DNA of 64,000 nt from Thermotogota bacterium ADurb.Bin062 (GTDB lineage Bacteria; Thermotogota; Thermotogae; MWEM01), in assembly GCA_002071085.1 (NCBI GenBank), contig MWEM01000010.1, positions 2,047 to 66,046 of the forward strand, in the 5' to 3' direction. Positions within the stretch are counted from its first letter, which is position 1. The number at the start of each line of letters is the position of its first letter. Of this stretch, positions 39,500 to 48,705 are shown piece by piece. The notes beneath the pieces were generated by a model. The model searched no databases, was not told the DNA's origin, and saw nothing but the letters and a program-made list of their open reading frames with translations. Both the position numbers and the translations under genes were made by a program.

Positions 39500-39990
39500 A
39501 GGCTCACTGGAGTGCTGCGCTTCAGCTCGGCAGGGGTTTGGGACCGCCGCCGGAACCGCCTGGGAACGCCGAACTTCAGTTCGGCCTGTCTTTGGGAGTG
39601 CCCTGGGAACGCTGCACTTTTGTGCGGCACGGATTTGGGACCGCCAGCTTTTAAGTTGGTATGTCTTGAAAAAAGGTTCCGCACAGAGAGCACAGAGAAA
39701 GATTCTTGGGAGCGCCGAACTTTAGTTTGGCATATGTTTTACCCAGGAGCTCTTCACTTTAGAGTGGCTTGGGTTCGATTTTCTCTTTACCCTCTGCGTT
39801 CTCTGTGTTCTCAGTGCGAACAATAGTCTTTGTTGGTTTGACGGGACACTTCCAGACAATTTGTCGAACAAAAGTTCAGCGTTTCCAGAAAATATGCCTG
39901 CTTAAAAATAGGCGTTCCCAGACGTTCCCGGCGCTAATCTCCCCTCCGCGTTCTCTGTGTGTTCTGTGTGAACCCTTTTCCTCATTTCAT
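39500..39990. repeat. Intergenic repeat-module cluster.
   Basis: gccgaacttcagttcggc, gctgcacttttgtgcggc, ccagcttttaagttggt, gccgaactttagtttggcat, several ...gggaacgc...gttcccag motifs and the cacagag-rich module. Confidence 0.8.
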
Positions 39991-40075
39991 GTTCTAAACC
40001 GCTTCGCTTGTTCCGACTTCTTTGAGCGGAAAATTAATCGCTTTCATAACCTCGCTAAAAGTAAAAATCTAAAAG

Positions 40076-41146
40076 TTAAAAGACTGTCCTGGAAAGGCGA
40101 AAGCCTAGCTTGTCGCCGCTGACCGTCGACGTACCGCCGATCCGAAACGCCGTGCGGCAGTACGGCGCGCTTTCGCTCTGGCTGCCGCCCCGAACCGCTC
40201 GGAGGGCGCCGCTGCTCGGCCCTGTCGGATTCGTCTGCGGCCCCTGCGAATAGTAACTGTCATCCCACCTGTCGTGGCACCATTCCATCACGTTCCCGCT
40301 CATATCGTATAACCCTAGTTCGTTCGGTTTCTTCTCGCCTACCGGGTGTGTCTTCTTTCCTGAATTGTCCAGGTACCAGCCCACTTCGTTTAGGTCGTTG
40401 CTCCCTGCGTATTTATACCCCCTTGAGTTTTGTCCCCCCCGTGCCGCGTATTCCCATTCCGCTTCCGTTGGCAATCGATACCCTTCTACTTTCGTGATGT
40501 CTGTCGTTACCTTTCCGCTCTTGTCCAGCAGGTTTCCATCGCCGTCGTACGCTTTCTTTAACCCTTCTCTCTCACTCAGCCAGTTGCAGTACCCGATGGC
40601 GTCCCACCAGCTCACGTTGATCACCGGACGCGTCCCGCGGCCCCAGCCTGCGTCGCTTGGCTTGCTCTTTCCCGTCGCCGCACAGTATGTGTCGTACTCG
40701 TTGAACGTCACTTCGTACTTCCCGATCCAGTAGTCGTACGTCAGGGTTACCGTGTGGACCGGTTTTTCCCAGTCGAACGCTGATTTGTCATTCTCCACGT
40801 TCCCCATCTGGAAGCGTCCGCGATTCACCCGTACCATCCCCGACGGCGTGCTCGATACCTGAGTTTGCGCTAACGCAAGGGCTAACTGCTCCGTCGCGAC
40901 TTGCCCCGTTACGATCCCGACCGATTTCTTCTGTGTTACGTAACCGCCCTTTTTGACCTCCGCTTCTATCTTTCCCGCTTCGATAAGTCTTTTTTCCGGG
41001 GGAGCCTTTATGAATCCCTGTGACAAGATTTCTTGTAGTCCTTTGGCGTTGGATTGTCGGGCCTGACCTGCCAGCACTATGGTGCCGACAGCTAACCCAA
41101 TTATCAATAGCAGTAGCGTGAGGAATCTTATCCTTGCGTTTTTCAT
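40076..41146 (-). CDS. Formylglycine-generating-enzyme (SUMF1/FGE-sulfatase) domain protein with an N-terminal signal or membrane anchor.
   Basis: N-terminal hydrophobic LTLLLLIIGLAVGTIVL. FGE-domain motifs GYRLPTEAEWEYAARGG and WEWC...RGGS. Confidence 0.75.
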   Translation of the reverse strand: MKNARIRFLTLLLLIIGLAVGTIVLAGQARQSNAKGLQEILSQGFIKAPPEKRLIEAGKIEAEVKKGGYVTQKKSVGIVTGQVATEQLALALAQTQVSSTPSGMVRVNRGRFQMGNVENDKSAFDWEKPVHTVTLTYDYWIGKYEVTFNEYDTYCAATGKSKPSDAGWGRGTRPVINVSWWDAIGYCNWLSEREGLKKAYDGDGNLLDKSGKVTTDITKVEGYRLPTEAEWEYAARGGQNSRGYKYAGSNDLNEVGWYLDNSGKKTHPVGEKKPNELGLYDMSGNVMEWCHDRWDDSYYSQGPQTNPTGPSSGALRAVRGGSQSESAPYCRTAFRIGGTSTVSGDKLGFRLSRTVF

Positions 41147-41329
41147 TTTTTCTTCCTCCTCTCTTTTTTAATGATTTTTCCGTTCGCTTTCTGTACTAAA
41201 TTACTCGCGATTATCGAGGTTATTCTGCGGTTTTTCTTGAGCGGATCCCTTTGGTTGTCTTATCCCGATTTTCTGGCACACCTCCTTTCCGGCGCGGATC
41301 GCGAGGTTTCCAAAGTTCACTCCCGGTAG

Positions 41330-41830
41330 CTCGCGCAGCCATTGCAGTGTAAGCGCTTCTTCTTTTCGCGACGGCGCGATACGGCGGTTTTCCCTCTTTT
41401 CCAAAGATCAAAAAAACAAGGGGCACACAGAGGGCCCAGAGAAAAGAATTTTGGGAGCGCTTAGGGAACGCCGAACTTTTGTTCGGTATGGGTTTGGGAA
41501 CGCCAACTTTAAAGTCAATACCGTCTAATTGTACCACAATCGCGTGTGTATTTTCCGAAGGGGGGCTCGAAAGTGAAGTGCCAAAGCGAATCGCGGAGGT
41601 ACCTGTAAAAATGAGAATCCTGCGCGGTCATCGCGGTGTAGGCGCTATGGACAAAGGCGGATCGTGGGGTGGCAATAACCGCTTACCCCGCGATAACCCC
41701 ATAGGCTCATCGCGGCGTCTAAAAAAACAAAATTCGTATCGCGAGACTTCGCGGGCTTCCGAAGTCACCCCGCTGGTTACCCCGCGATGAACCTCTTAGT
41801 TATGTCACCCCATAATTTGACTAACACACC
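41330..41830. repeat. Intergenic repeat-module cluster ending in a MITE right-end-like sequence (..cttagttatgtcaccccataatttgactaacacacc).
   Basis: gcgcttcttcttttcgcgacggcgcgatacg, gccgaacttttgttcggtat, gccaactttaaagtcaat, the gtatcgcgagacttcgcgggcttccgaagtcaccccgctggttaccccgcgatg module, and the TIR-like end at about 41790-41825. Confidence 0.75.
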
Positions 41831-41897
41831 GCGCCAGAAAGCCGAAATGCGGTTCGTGGTATAATCCCGGAAGACTTTATTTTTGGAGGGACTGGGT

Positions 41898-42611
41898 ATG
41901 TTGAAAAGGCTTTCTTCGCTAGGCTTATTGGTTCTCCTTGCTCTCAGTGCGTTCTCGCTCAACTTCACCGACTACGCTGTCTATAACGACATAGAAAACG
42001 GACTAAAAGCCGCCGTTTTGTTGGAGAAAAGTGTGCTGATGGTGTTTACGTTACCGAATTGCTCCACCTGTGGGCGGTTGAAGAACGAAGCCCTTTCGAA
42101 CCCTACCGTAGAAGCTCTTTTGAGAGAACACTGCGTCGTGATCGTGGCGGAAGCGGAAAAAGACCGATACGCGAAATTCCCGTTCAGCGCCTACGTGAAC
42201 CCCTCCAGCCAATCCTTCGAAACGGTCAACTACTACGAGCTGATCACGAAAAAACTCGGGAGTAACGCGGTTCCCTTTACGATATTTCTTAACCCTGGAC
42301 TGGAAATGATCGGATCCACCCAGTCCTACAACGGGTACGAGTCTTATGAGTCAGCTTTAAAAACGTTCATTCGGCTGAACGCACGAAACCCGAAAAAGGT
42401 ATTTAAGAAAATCACGGCAAGCGAAAAAGAGCTGATATTGGACACCCTCCCGTACGCGCAAGAAATTGGCTGGGAGGAGTTCAAAGCGGCGATCAACAAT
42501 TTGGACCCTCTTAAGGTCTATATCCTCAGTAAAGTCAAAGTGGAAGAGGTACGGGCAGTTTTGGACCCGCTTCCCCTACTCCGGGCCGACGTATTGATAC
42601 AAACCAAATGA
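41898..42611 (+). CDS. Secreted thioredoxin-fold protein with a CxxC motif.
   Basis: Signal-like N-terminus MLKRLSSLGLLVLLALSAFS. CSTC motif in a thioredoxin-like context (VFTLPNCSTCGRL). Start moved to the ATG at 41898, with GGAGGG 7 nt upstream and a TATAAT at 41861-41866. The track uses TTG at 41883. Confidence 0.5.
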   Translation: MLKRLSSLGLLVLLALSAFSLNFTDYAVYNDIENGLKAAVLLEKSVLMVFTLPNCSTCGRLKNEALSNPTVEALLREHCVVIVAEAEKDRYAKFPFSAYVNPSSQSFETVNYYELITKKLGSNAVPFTIFLNPGLEMIGSTQSYNGYESYESALKTFIRLNARNPKKVFKKITASEKELILDTLPYAQEIGWEEFKAAINNLDPLKVYILSKVKVEEVRAVLDPLPLLRADVLIQTK

Positions 42612-42733
42612 AATGAGCGAAAAACCACAGGGCCCTCTACACGGGCAGCGGACTTTTTGATATCATGTAGAATGTGAAGTAGAGAAATAAATTCCACGGC
42701 TTAACCCGGAAACCTGGCGGCCCTGAAAAATGC

Positions 42734-43534
42734 GTGAAGGTGTTGTTGGAGGCGATAGGTTTGAAACACAATGAAACGATCTCTTTATTATTGAACCGAA
42801 AATCCGTCCGAAAGTTTCAAGAAACGGTGCCGGATCTCGAGACCATAGAGGCAATCGTCCGAGCGGGACAGCAAGCGCCTTTTGCGTCCCAACTGTATAG
42901 CGTCGTCTATCAATCTGGGGGAAAATACGCCTTTCAAGCGCCCTTATGGTTCTTAATCTGTGCGGACATACACAAATTGCGGCTGTTTATGAAACGAAGG
43001 GGCTGGGAGATCGTCACCAACGGCGTCACCCTCCTGCTCTTCGCGATCCAGGACGCCTCCTTTATGGCGGAGAACATGGTGATCGCGGCAGAAAGCTTGG
43101 GGTTAGGCTCTTGTTTCTTGGGAGAGTGCAGCACCAACGCGAATCGTATGCGCGCTTTGGTGAAGAAACATCATCTCCCGAAAGGCGTCTTTCCCGTGGT
43201 CGAACTCGTGATGGGGTTCCCGGCTGAAGAGTATCCCCCGCGACCACGATATCCATTGGACTTCACCCTATTCAAAGATCGGTATCCAGAGCTCACAGAA
43301 GAGGGGTTGACGCAGGCGATGGCACAGATGGATGATGGGTATCGCGCGCAAGGGTACTACAAAAACCAAAACATCAAAGTCAAAACCCCAGGTAGAGAAG
43401 ACACGATGTCCTTCGACGAGTACGGATGGACCGAACATATCTCGAGAAAATGGGGCCAATGGGAACCCTCTCCGGATAAACTCCTCGAAGTCCTGAAAGA
43501 ACAGGGCTTCGCCTTCTCAGAAGAAGACGAATAA
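42734..43534 (+). CDS. Nitroreductase family protein (NAD(P)H-flavin oxidoreductase).
   Basis: LLNRKSVRKF (nitroreductase N-terminal signature) and a conserved dimer-interface region ...ENMVIAAESLGLGSCFLG. Alternative start TTG at 42761, with GGAGG 8 nt upstream. Confidence 0.7.
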   Translation: MKVLLEAIGLKHNETISLLLNRKSVRKFQETVPDLETIEAIVRAGQQAPFASQLYSVVYQSGGKYAFQAPLWFLICADIHKLRLFMKRRGWEIVTNGVTLLLFAIQDASFMAENMVIAAESLGLGSCFLGECSTNANRMRALVKKHHLPKGVFPVVELVMGFPAEEYPPRPRYPLDFTLFKDRYPELTEEGLTQAMAQMDDGYRAQGYYKNQNIKVKTPGREDTMSFDEYGWTEHISRKWGQWEPSPDKLLEVLKEQGFAFSEEDE

Positions 43535-43584
43535 ACGCCACGCGTTACACCGTAGGGAGTTCTTTTCATAGTCGAAGAGAAAGC

Positions 43585-43860
43585 CTAAACCTGCTTAAAT
43601 TCTATATGCAGCTCTTTGTCGAGGCCTTTCGCCAGGCGCTTTAATTGTTTGAGGGTGGGGTTGTATTTCCCGTTTTCAATCCGGCTGATGTGGGCTTGCG
43701 GGATGCCGGTTATCTCCGCGAGTTGCTGTTGCGTAAGGCCTTTTTCGGCTCGCGCGCGTATAATCTGCTCGATGATCTCGTACTCCGGTCCGAGTTTGTC
43801 GTATTCTTTAGCGAACTTCGGATTCTTTTTCAACTCCTCCAAATGTTCACGATAATTCAC
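43585..43860 (-). CDS. HTH XRE-family antitoxin (HigA-like).
   Basis: HTH motif LTQQQLAEITGIPQAHISRIENGK. Overlaps the upstream toxin gene by 4 nt (ATGA). Confidence 0.8.
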   Translation of the reverse strand: MNYREHLEELKKNPKFAKEYDKLGPEYEIIEQIIRARAEKGLTQQQLAEITGIPQAHISRIENGKYNPTLKQLKRLAKGLDKELHIEFKQV

Positions 43861-44207
43861 ATCCTCACTCTCCTTTCGTAATCGTTTTTATACTCTATCG
43901 CTCTCTCAATCTCTCTCTGCGGTGTTTTATTCGTCTTTTTCATAAACCCGTTCGTTAAAACGATTCTCTTACCGTAAAAGAAAAAATAGAATATCCTCGC
44001 GATATTGCTGGAAAACTGGATGCGTAATTCAAAGAGCCCGCTTCCTATGGGTTTGGAAAAGGGTTCGCGCATTTCCGATCCCAAGCTCTCCAACAATCCG
44101 ATATCCCGCAACGCTTTCGCTTGCATTTTCGGAGACGGAAGGGAATCGATGAACTCTTTCACAGGGCAAGACTTTTTACCTGTTTCGTAATACTCCACTG
44201 TCCACAT
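43857..44207 (-). CDS. Type II toxin, RelE/HigB-like (Gp49/PF05973 family).
   Basis: ...LPSPKMQAKALRDIGLLESLG...GSGLFELRI...IARIFYFFFYGKRIVLTNGFMKKTNKTP matches the Gp49-like toxin family. A consensus promoter (TTGACA-17-TATAAT) and a palindromic operator lie upstream. Confidence 0.75.
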   Translation of the reverse strand: MWTVEYYETGKKSCPVKEFIDSLPSPKMQAKALRDIGLLESLGSEMREPFSKPIGSGLFELRIQFSSNIARIFYFFFYGKRIVLTNGFMKKTNKTPQREIERAIEYKNDYERRVRM

Positions 44208-44236
44208 TTCACGGGCTCCTTGTATAGGGTTTCTCC

Positions 44237-44265
44237 ATTATATGTCATATAAGACATTTTGTCAA
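44237..44265 (-). promoter_or_regulatory. Consensus promoter (TTGACA-17-TATAAT on the minus strand) for the toxin-antitoxin operon, with an ATGTC-N6-GACAT inverted repeat (probable antitoxin operator) in the spacer.
   Basis: Minus-strand TTGACA is the reverse complement of 44260-44265, and TATAAT of 44237-44242. The inverted repeat is at 44242-44257. AGGAG lies 8 nt before the toxin ATG. Confidence 0.6.
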
Positions 44266-44299
44266 TACCTGGTCGTCGGGAGGGTTATGTTGCCTCGAA

Positions 44300-44835
44300 T
44301 CGGCGAGCGCTTTCGACTGTCATCGAGGCGCAAGCGCGCCTTCTTTTCGCGACGGCACGATACGTTTTTGAGGGAGGGCATCGCGGCGTAAGCGCCCTTT
44401 CTTTTCGCGACGGCGCGATACCCCTTTCATTCGTTCCGAAGATCAAAAAACAGAGTTCTCGCAGAGGCCACGGAGAACACAGAGGAAAAACTGGCAAGAG
44501 ACAGGGCTCTCCCGGAAAAAGACGATACGTGCCAACTTAAAAGCCGACGTTTCCAGGCGTTCCTAGGCGTGTGGCGTTCCCCTGGGGTTTCTCTGCGCCC
44601 TCTGTGTACTCTGTGCGAAACTTCTTTTGGTTTTGAAAAGACTTGCCGACTAAAGTTCGACGTTACCAGGCGTTCCCAGGGTGTTCCCGGCGAGAATCCC
44701 CCCTCTGTCTTCTCCGTGCGCTCCGTGTGAACTCCCGTTTTGTTTTTTAGACATACCATCTTAAAAGTTGGCGTTCCCAGGCATTCTCAGTGACAATCCA
44801 AGAAAGATGTTCCCAGAGATACTCCCAGAAAGGCC
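44300..44835. repeat. Intergenic repeat-module cluster.
   Basis: ggcgcaagcgcgccttcttttcgcgacggcacgatacg x2, gccaacttaaaagccgacgtttccag, ccgactaaagttcgacgttaccag, ccatcttaaaagttggcgttcccag, and the cacagag-type modules (tctgtgtactctgtgcgaaac, ctctgtcttctccgtgcgctccgtgtgaac). Confidence 0.8.
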
Positions 44836-44867
44836 GTTCGCCTCTCTCTCGGAAAAACTGTACTCTC

Positions 44868-44905
44868 TTGACTTCTATATCGGAAGCTGATATAATATAT
44901 CGGAA
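44868..44905 (+). promoter_or_regulatory. Consensus sigma70-type promoter for PadR (TTGACT-17-TATAAT) overlapped by a GATATaatATATC palindrome and two TATATCGGAA direct repeats, read as a probable PadR auto-operator.
   Basis: TTGACT at 44868-44873, a 17-nt spacer, TATAAT at 44891-44896. Palindrome at 44889-44901. Direct repeats at 44876-44885 and 44896-44905. Confidence 0.6.
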
Positions 44906-44944
44906 TACGATATAACGTCAGGCGTAATAGAGGAGGCAGGGGAT

Positions 44945-45274
44945 GTGTCAGAAAATATCGGGCGGGGCGCGTTGACGGAAGCGGTGTTCTACATCCTGTT
45001 GTCTCTAATGACGCCTATGCACGGATACGGCATTATGCAAAACGTGAGTCAACTCAGCAAGGGACGCCTGGCATTAGGGGCGGGTACCCTATACGGCGCG
45101 ATCAACACGCTTTTAGAAAAAGGATGGATACGGTCTGTTCCGGGCGAAGCGGACTCTCGAAAGAAGGAGTACATCATATCGGACCTAGGAAAAAACGCTC
45201 TCGAGAATGAGCTCGTCCGGTTGCAAGAGTTGTTGCAGAACGGGGCAGCGATAATGGGAGGGCGAATTTCGTGA
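44945..45274 (+). CDS. PadR-family transcriptional regulator.
   Basis: PadR winged-helix signature ...HGYGIMQNVSQLSKGRLALGAGTLYGAINTLLEKGWI. GTG start with GAGGAGG 8 nt upstream. A consensus promoter lies upstream. Confidence 0.8.
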   Translation: MSENIGRGALTEAVFYILLSLMTPMHGYGIMQNVSQLSKGRLALGAGTLYGAINTLLEKGWIRSVPGEADSRKKEYIISDLGKNALENELVRLQELLQNGAAIMGGRIS

Positions 45275-45825
45275 AAAGAGCAATCTGGAGACTATATCTT
45301 AACTTCGAAAAAGAAGAAAAGTGGCTGAATGAAATGGCCACGGCAGGCTGGATGCTCACCGATTATTCCTGGTGTCGGTACGTGTTCGAAGAGGGACGAG
45401 AGGGCGAATACGTCTACCGAATCGAGTTATTAAAAAACTTGCCCACGTACCCATTGTCTCAAAAATACCTCCGTTTTCTCGAAGAGGCTGGTATTGAATA
45501 TGTGGCCTACTACGCGAGATGGGTGTATTTAAGAAAAAAAACCGCCGACGGTCCGTTCGACCTCTATACCGATTTGGAGTCGAAGATCGCGCACTACCGA
45601 CGCGTCTTGCGCTACTGGCACGTGTTCGCAGGGATCGAAATGACGATCGGCCTTTCCTCTTGCGCGCCCGCACTGAACGCTTGGTGGCGCGGCGGCGTTC
45701 TATCGTATAGCCTATGGATGAGTGTCATCCCGTTCGCGTTTGGGATTCTGTTCCTATTCATTGCTGCGCCCATAAAAAGGCAGTTGAAGCGTTGGAAGAA
45801 AGAGCTGCAGATTCGAGAGTCTTAG
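45271..45825 (+). CDS. DUF2812-like membrane protein (the usual PadR-linked partner).
   Basis: Overlaps the PadR stop (GTGA). N-terminal WRLYLNFEKEEKWLNEMATAGW is typical of DUF2812, followed by two TM helices. Confidence 0.6.
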   Translation: MKRAIWRLYLNFEKEEKWLNEMATAGWMLTDYSWCRYVFEEGREGEYVYRIELLKNLPTYPLSQKYLRFLEEAGIEYVAYYARWVYLRKKTADGPFDLYTDLESKIAHYRRVLRYWHVFAGIEMTIGLSSCAPALNAWWRGGVLSYSLWMSVIPFAFGILFLFIAAPIKRQLKRWKKELQIRES

Positions 45826-45936
45826 GAACGCGCGATCGTGTTATAATGGCGGGAGTATTCGTGCAGACATACGGACGAAGGAGGGGTCTACACGTATCGA
45901 CGCTTCGAAGAACGAGGAAACAACGCCTTACCGGCT

Positions 45937-46638
45937 TTGGAAACTGTATTGTACGACGGGTGGCTTCTCCGTTTCGCGTCTGGGTATACCCGTCGCGCGA
46001 ACTGTGTGCATCCGCTTTACCCATCAAACGTAAAACTGATCGAGAAGATCCCCTACTGCGAAGCCCTCTTTCGAGAAAAGGACATCCTTTGCCGTTTTAA
46101 ACTGAACGACGACCCCGATTTGACCGAACTGGACACCGCGCTGGCAGCGCAGGGTTACACGCTCGACGCGCCCGCGCTCTTAATGCATCGCCCGAAGGGT
46201 TGTGACATCCCGCGAGAGCAGGGAAATATCGAGGTTTCCGACTCTTTTAACCCGGAATGGATGCGGTTTTTCGTTTCCGCGAAAGGGCTTGATGACCGTG
46301 ATGCGCGGACCTTTGAATATATGCTCCGTCACATCTTGCCCGAACGACGGTTCATTTTGAAGACCGAGGGCGGACTGACTGTCGGGTGCGTTCTGGCCGT
46401 ATATGAGCGGGGATTCACCGGTCTATTCGATCTTTACGTTGATGAAGCGCATCGTGGGAAAGGGCTTGGATTGTCTCTAGTACAGCAGGCGCTTGTCGAA
46501 GGCGCTAGAATCAACTGCCCCGAAGCGTATTTGCAGGTCGACGAGACGAACGAGCGTGCGATCCGTCTCTATCGCGGCATGGGATTCGAAGTGGCGTATC
46601 GGTATTGGTATCGTTACTCGGCGGCCTTAAAATTGTAG
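45937..46638 (+). CDS. GNAT-family N-acetyltransferase.
   Basis: C-terminal acetyl-CoA binding region VDEAHRGKGLGLSLVQQAL...AIRLYRGMGF. The TTG start is uncertain, because a strong GGAGGGG at 45879 has no nearby in-frame start codon. Confidence 0.55.
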   Translation: METVLYDGWLLRFASGYTRRANCVHPLYPSNVKLIEKIPYCEALFREKDILCRFKLNDDPDLTELDTALAAQGYTLDAPALLMHRPKGCDIPREQGNIEVSDSFNPEWMRFFVSAKGLDDRDARTFEYMLRHILPERRFILKTEGGLTVGCVLAVYERGFTGLFDLYVDEAHRGKGLGLSLVQQALVEGARINCPEAYLQVDETNERAIRLYRGMGFEVAYRYWYRYSAALKL

Positions 46639-47798
46639 ATCGGGCGGATGATCCGACGAACGTCAACGGTTTGGCCGAGCACGGGTAAAATCTCTTCCAT
46701 CGCCTTGTAGACCATCGGGGACTCGTCGATCGTCGTTCGATCCACGCAGGTGGAGAAAACCCCTTTCATCTGATCCCGAAATTCATCAATCGACAGGATT
46801 CTTTTCGCCTCTCGCCGGCTCATCAAGCGTCCCGCGCCGTGGGGAGCCGACCAATTCCACTCCGGGTTGCCCTTTCCAGTTCCCAAAATGCACCCGTCCC
46901 TCATATTCAAAGGGATGATCACGGGTTGTCCCACATGCGCCGCGATGGCCCCCTTGCGAAGGATATTTTTCTCATCGATGTAGTTGTGAACCGATTCAAA
47001 GCTGGCCAGTTCTTTGAGCCCCATCTTCTGCAGGATCCTTTCGGCGATCCGTTCCCGGTTTCGTTTCGCGTAGGTTTGGATCAGCCGGATGTCGTGCAGA
47101 TAGTTATTCCTGTCCGATCCCGTCAGATAGGCTAAGTCTTTAGGTGTGCCTTTTGCGCGTGAGCGGCGAGCTTCGCCGTTTTGTTGCATCTTGCTTGCCG
47201 CTTTCGCCTGATACAGCTGGGCCACGGTCAACCCGAAATGACGGGACCCGGTGTGAACGGTCAGATACGAGCGCCCCTCTTCATCCACATCGACCTCGAT
47301 GAAATGATTCCCGCCTCCTAACGTACCGAGCGACCGTTCGAGCCAGCCCATCTTCTCGCGGCTCTTGATTTGATCCTTGATGATCAGGTCGTTGAACAAA
47401 GAATAAAAGAAGTCGCGATCTTCCGGAAATGTGTGACGATGGACGTTCTGTCCTGAAGGAACGGACTCGCGGATATCCTTATCCAACTGTTGCAAATTGA
47501 TTGGAGTTACTCCCAACTCCGATACGCGGACGCCGCATCCGATATCGACGCCGACAAGGTTCGGGCAAACGGCGTCGGAACGGTTCAGGTCCATCGTCAA
47601 GCCTATCACGCAACCCGCTCCGCTGTGGACATCCGGCATCACTCGAATATGCGTCCCTTCGGAAAAAGGCTGATTGCAAAGCGAAACGATCTGCGTGATG
47701 GCGTTCTCGTCCACAGTCCGCGCGTAGACCAAAGCCGTGGCAAACTGGCCTTTCAATCTGATCGTAGGGATACTGTGATCATCGTTTTTCTCTTTCAT
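46614..47798 (-). CDS. rtcB: RtcB-family RNA ligase.
   Basis: Metal-binding motifs MPDVHSGAGCVIG, GGNHF and HGAGR. Start moved to the ATG at 47798 with GAGGAGGTG 4 nt upstream. The track's GTG at 47813 lies inside the RBS. Confidence 0.85.
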   Translation of the reverse strand: MKEKNDDHSIPTIRLKGQFATALVYARTVDENAITQIVSLCNQPFSEGTHIRVMPDVHSGAGCVIGLTMDLNRSDAVCPNLVGVDIGCGVRVSELGVTPINLQQLDKDIRESVPSGQNVHRHTFPEDRDFFYSLFNDLIIKDQIKSREKMGWLERSLGTLGGGNHFIEVDVDEEGRSYLTVHTGSRHFGLTVAQLYQAKAASKMQQNGEARRSRAKGTPKDLAYLTGSDRNNYLHDIRLIQTYAKRNRERIAERILQKMGLKELASFESVHNYIDEKNILRKGAIAAHVGQPVIIPLNMRDGCILGTGKGNPEWNWSAPHGAGRLMSRREAKRILSIDEFRDQMKGVFSTCVDRTTIDESPMVYKAMEEILPVLGQTVDVRRIIRPIYNFKAAE

Positions 47799-47949
47799 TT
47801 TCCACCTCCTCACTAAGCGCGTCGTGGGCGTTTCTCACAACATTATAACACTCAAAACCGAAAGACGCGGCACATGACGCCTTGCGCCTTCGTAAGCCTT
47901 TATGAGAGAAAACGTCGTATGGCGTGTGTGATTAGCCACACAGCACGCT

Positions 47950-48480
47950 CGGTATGAAAGCGCGGGAAATGGGAACGCCGAACTTTAGTTCGGCACGTTT
48001 TTTGCTTTTCTGTAAGCTCTCGGGAACCCTTAAACGCTTACGCCGCAATGCCCGCGCGAGGTTATCGCGGGGTAACCAGCGGGCTGACTTCGGAAGCGCA
48101 CGAAGTCTCGCGATACTAAAGAAATCCAGCGATGCGCTCTCTCCTGTCTTTCGTTTTTAAGACACGCCAACAAAAAAAGTTGGCGTTCCCAGAGAGGCAG
48201 GCCGACTGAAAGTCGGTCCCACGAGCTTTCTTCGGTCTTTTCTCTGTGTTCTCTGCGCCTTCTGTGCGAACCCTGTTTTTCAAGACAAGTACAAAAGTAT
48301 ATCGCGCCGTCGCATGAAGAAGGGGCGCTTACGCCGCGATCACCGTGTGGCATTATCGCGGAGTAAGTTGTTTTTACGACCCCGCGATCTGCGCTTACGC
48401 CGCGATGACTATGTGGGCTATACGCGATTGATTCTGGTCTTGTTTCTTGATTACGCCTCATAGCTTGACCCACACGTATA
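47950..48480. repeat. Intergenic repeat-module cluster ending in a MITE right-end-like sequence (cgcctcatagcttgacccacacg).
   Basis: gccgaactttagttcggcac, gttatcgcggggtaaccagcgggctgacttcggaagcgcacgaagtctcgcgatac, gccaacaaaaaaagttggcgttcccag, ccgactgaaagtcggtccc, and two gttatcgcgg...cgcgatc-type palindromes. Confidence 0.8.
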
Positions 48481-48705
48481 GAAGATTCGCGGCCGCGATT
48501 TGCTATAATCAGAAACGGGGCGCTTAGGGTTAGGCTCGCGAATCCGAAGGCCGTAGGGTTCATTCATTGCCAGAGCGAGCCAAATCTCACTTTCATTCTC
48601 TTTTCGAACCGAAGGTCGGAAATGACTCGTTTCATTAATGTTCGCCTAAGGGGTTAGGAGCTTATTGTGAGTCGGGTAGACTCGACTCGAACGCATAAGG
48701 GGTGA

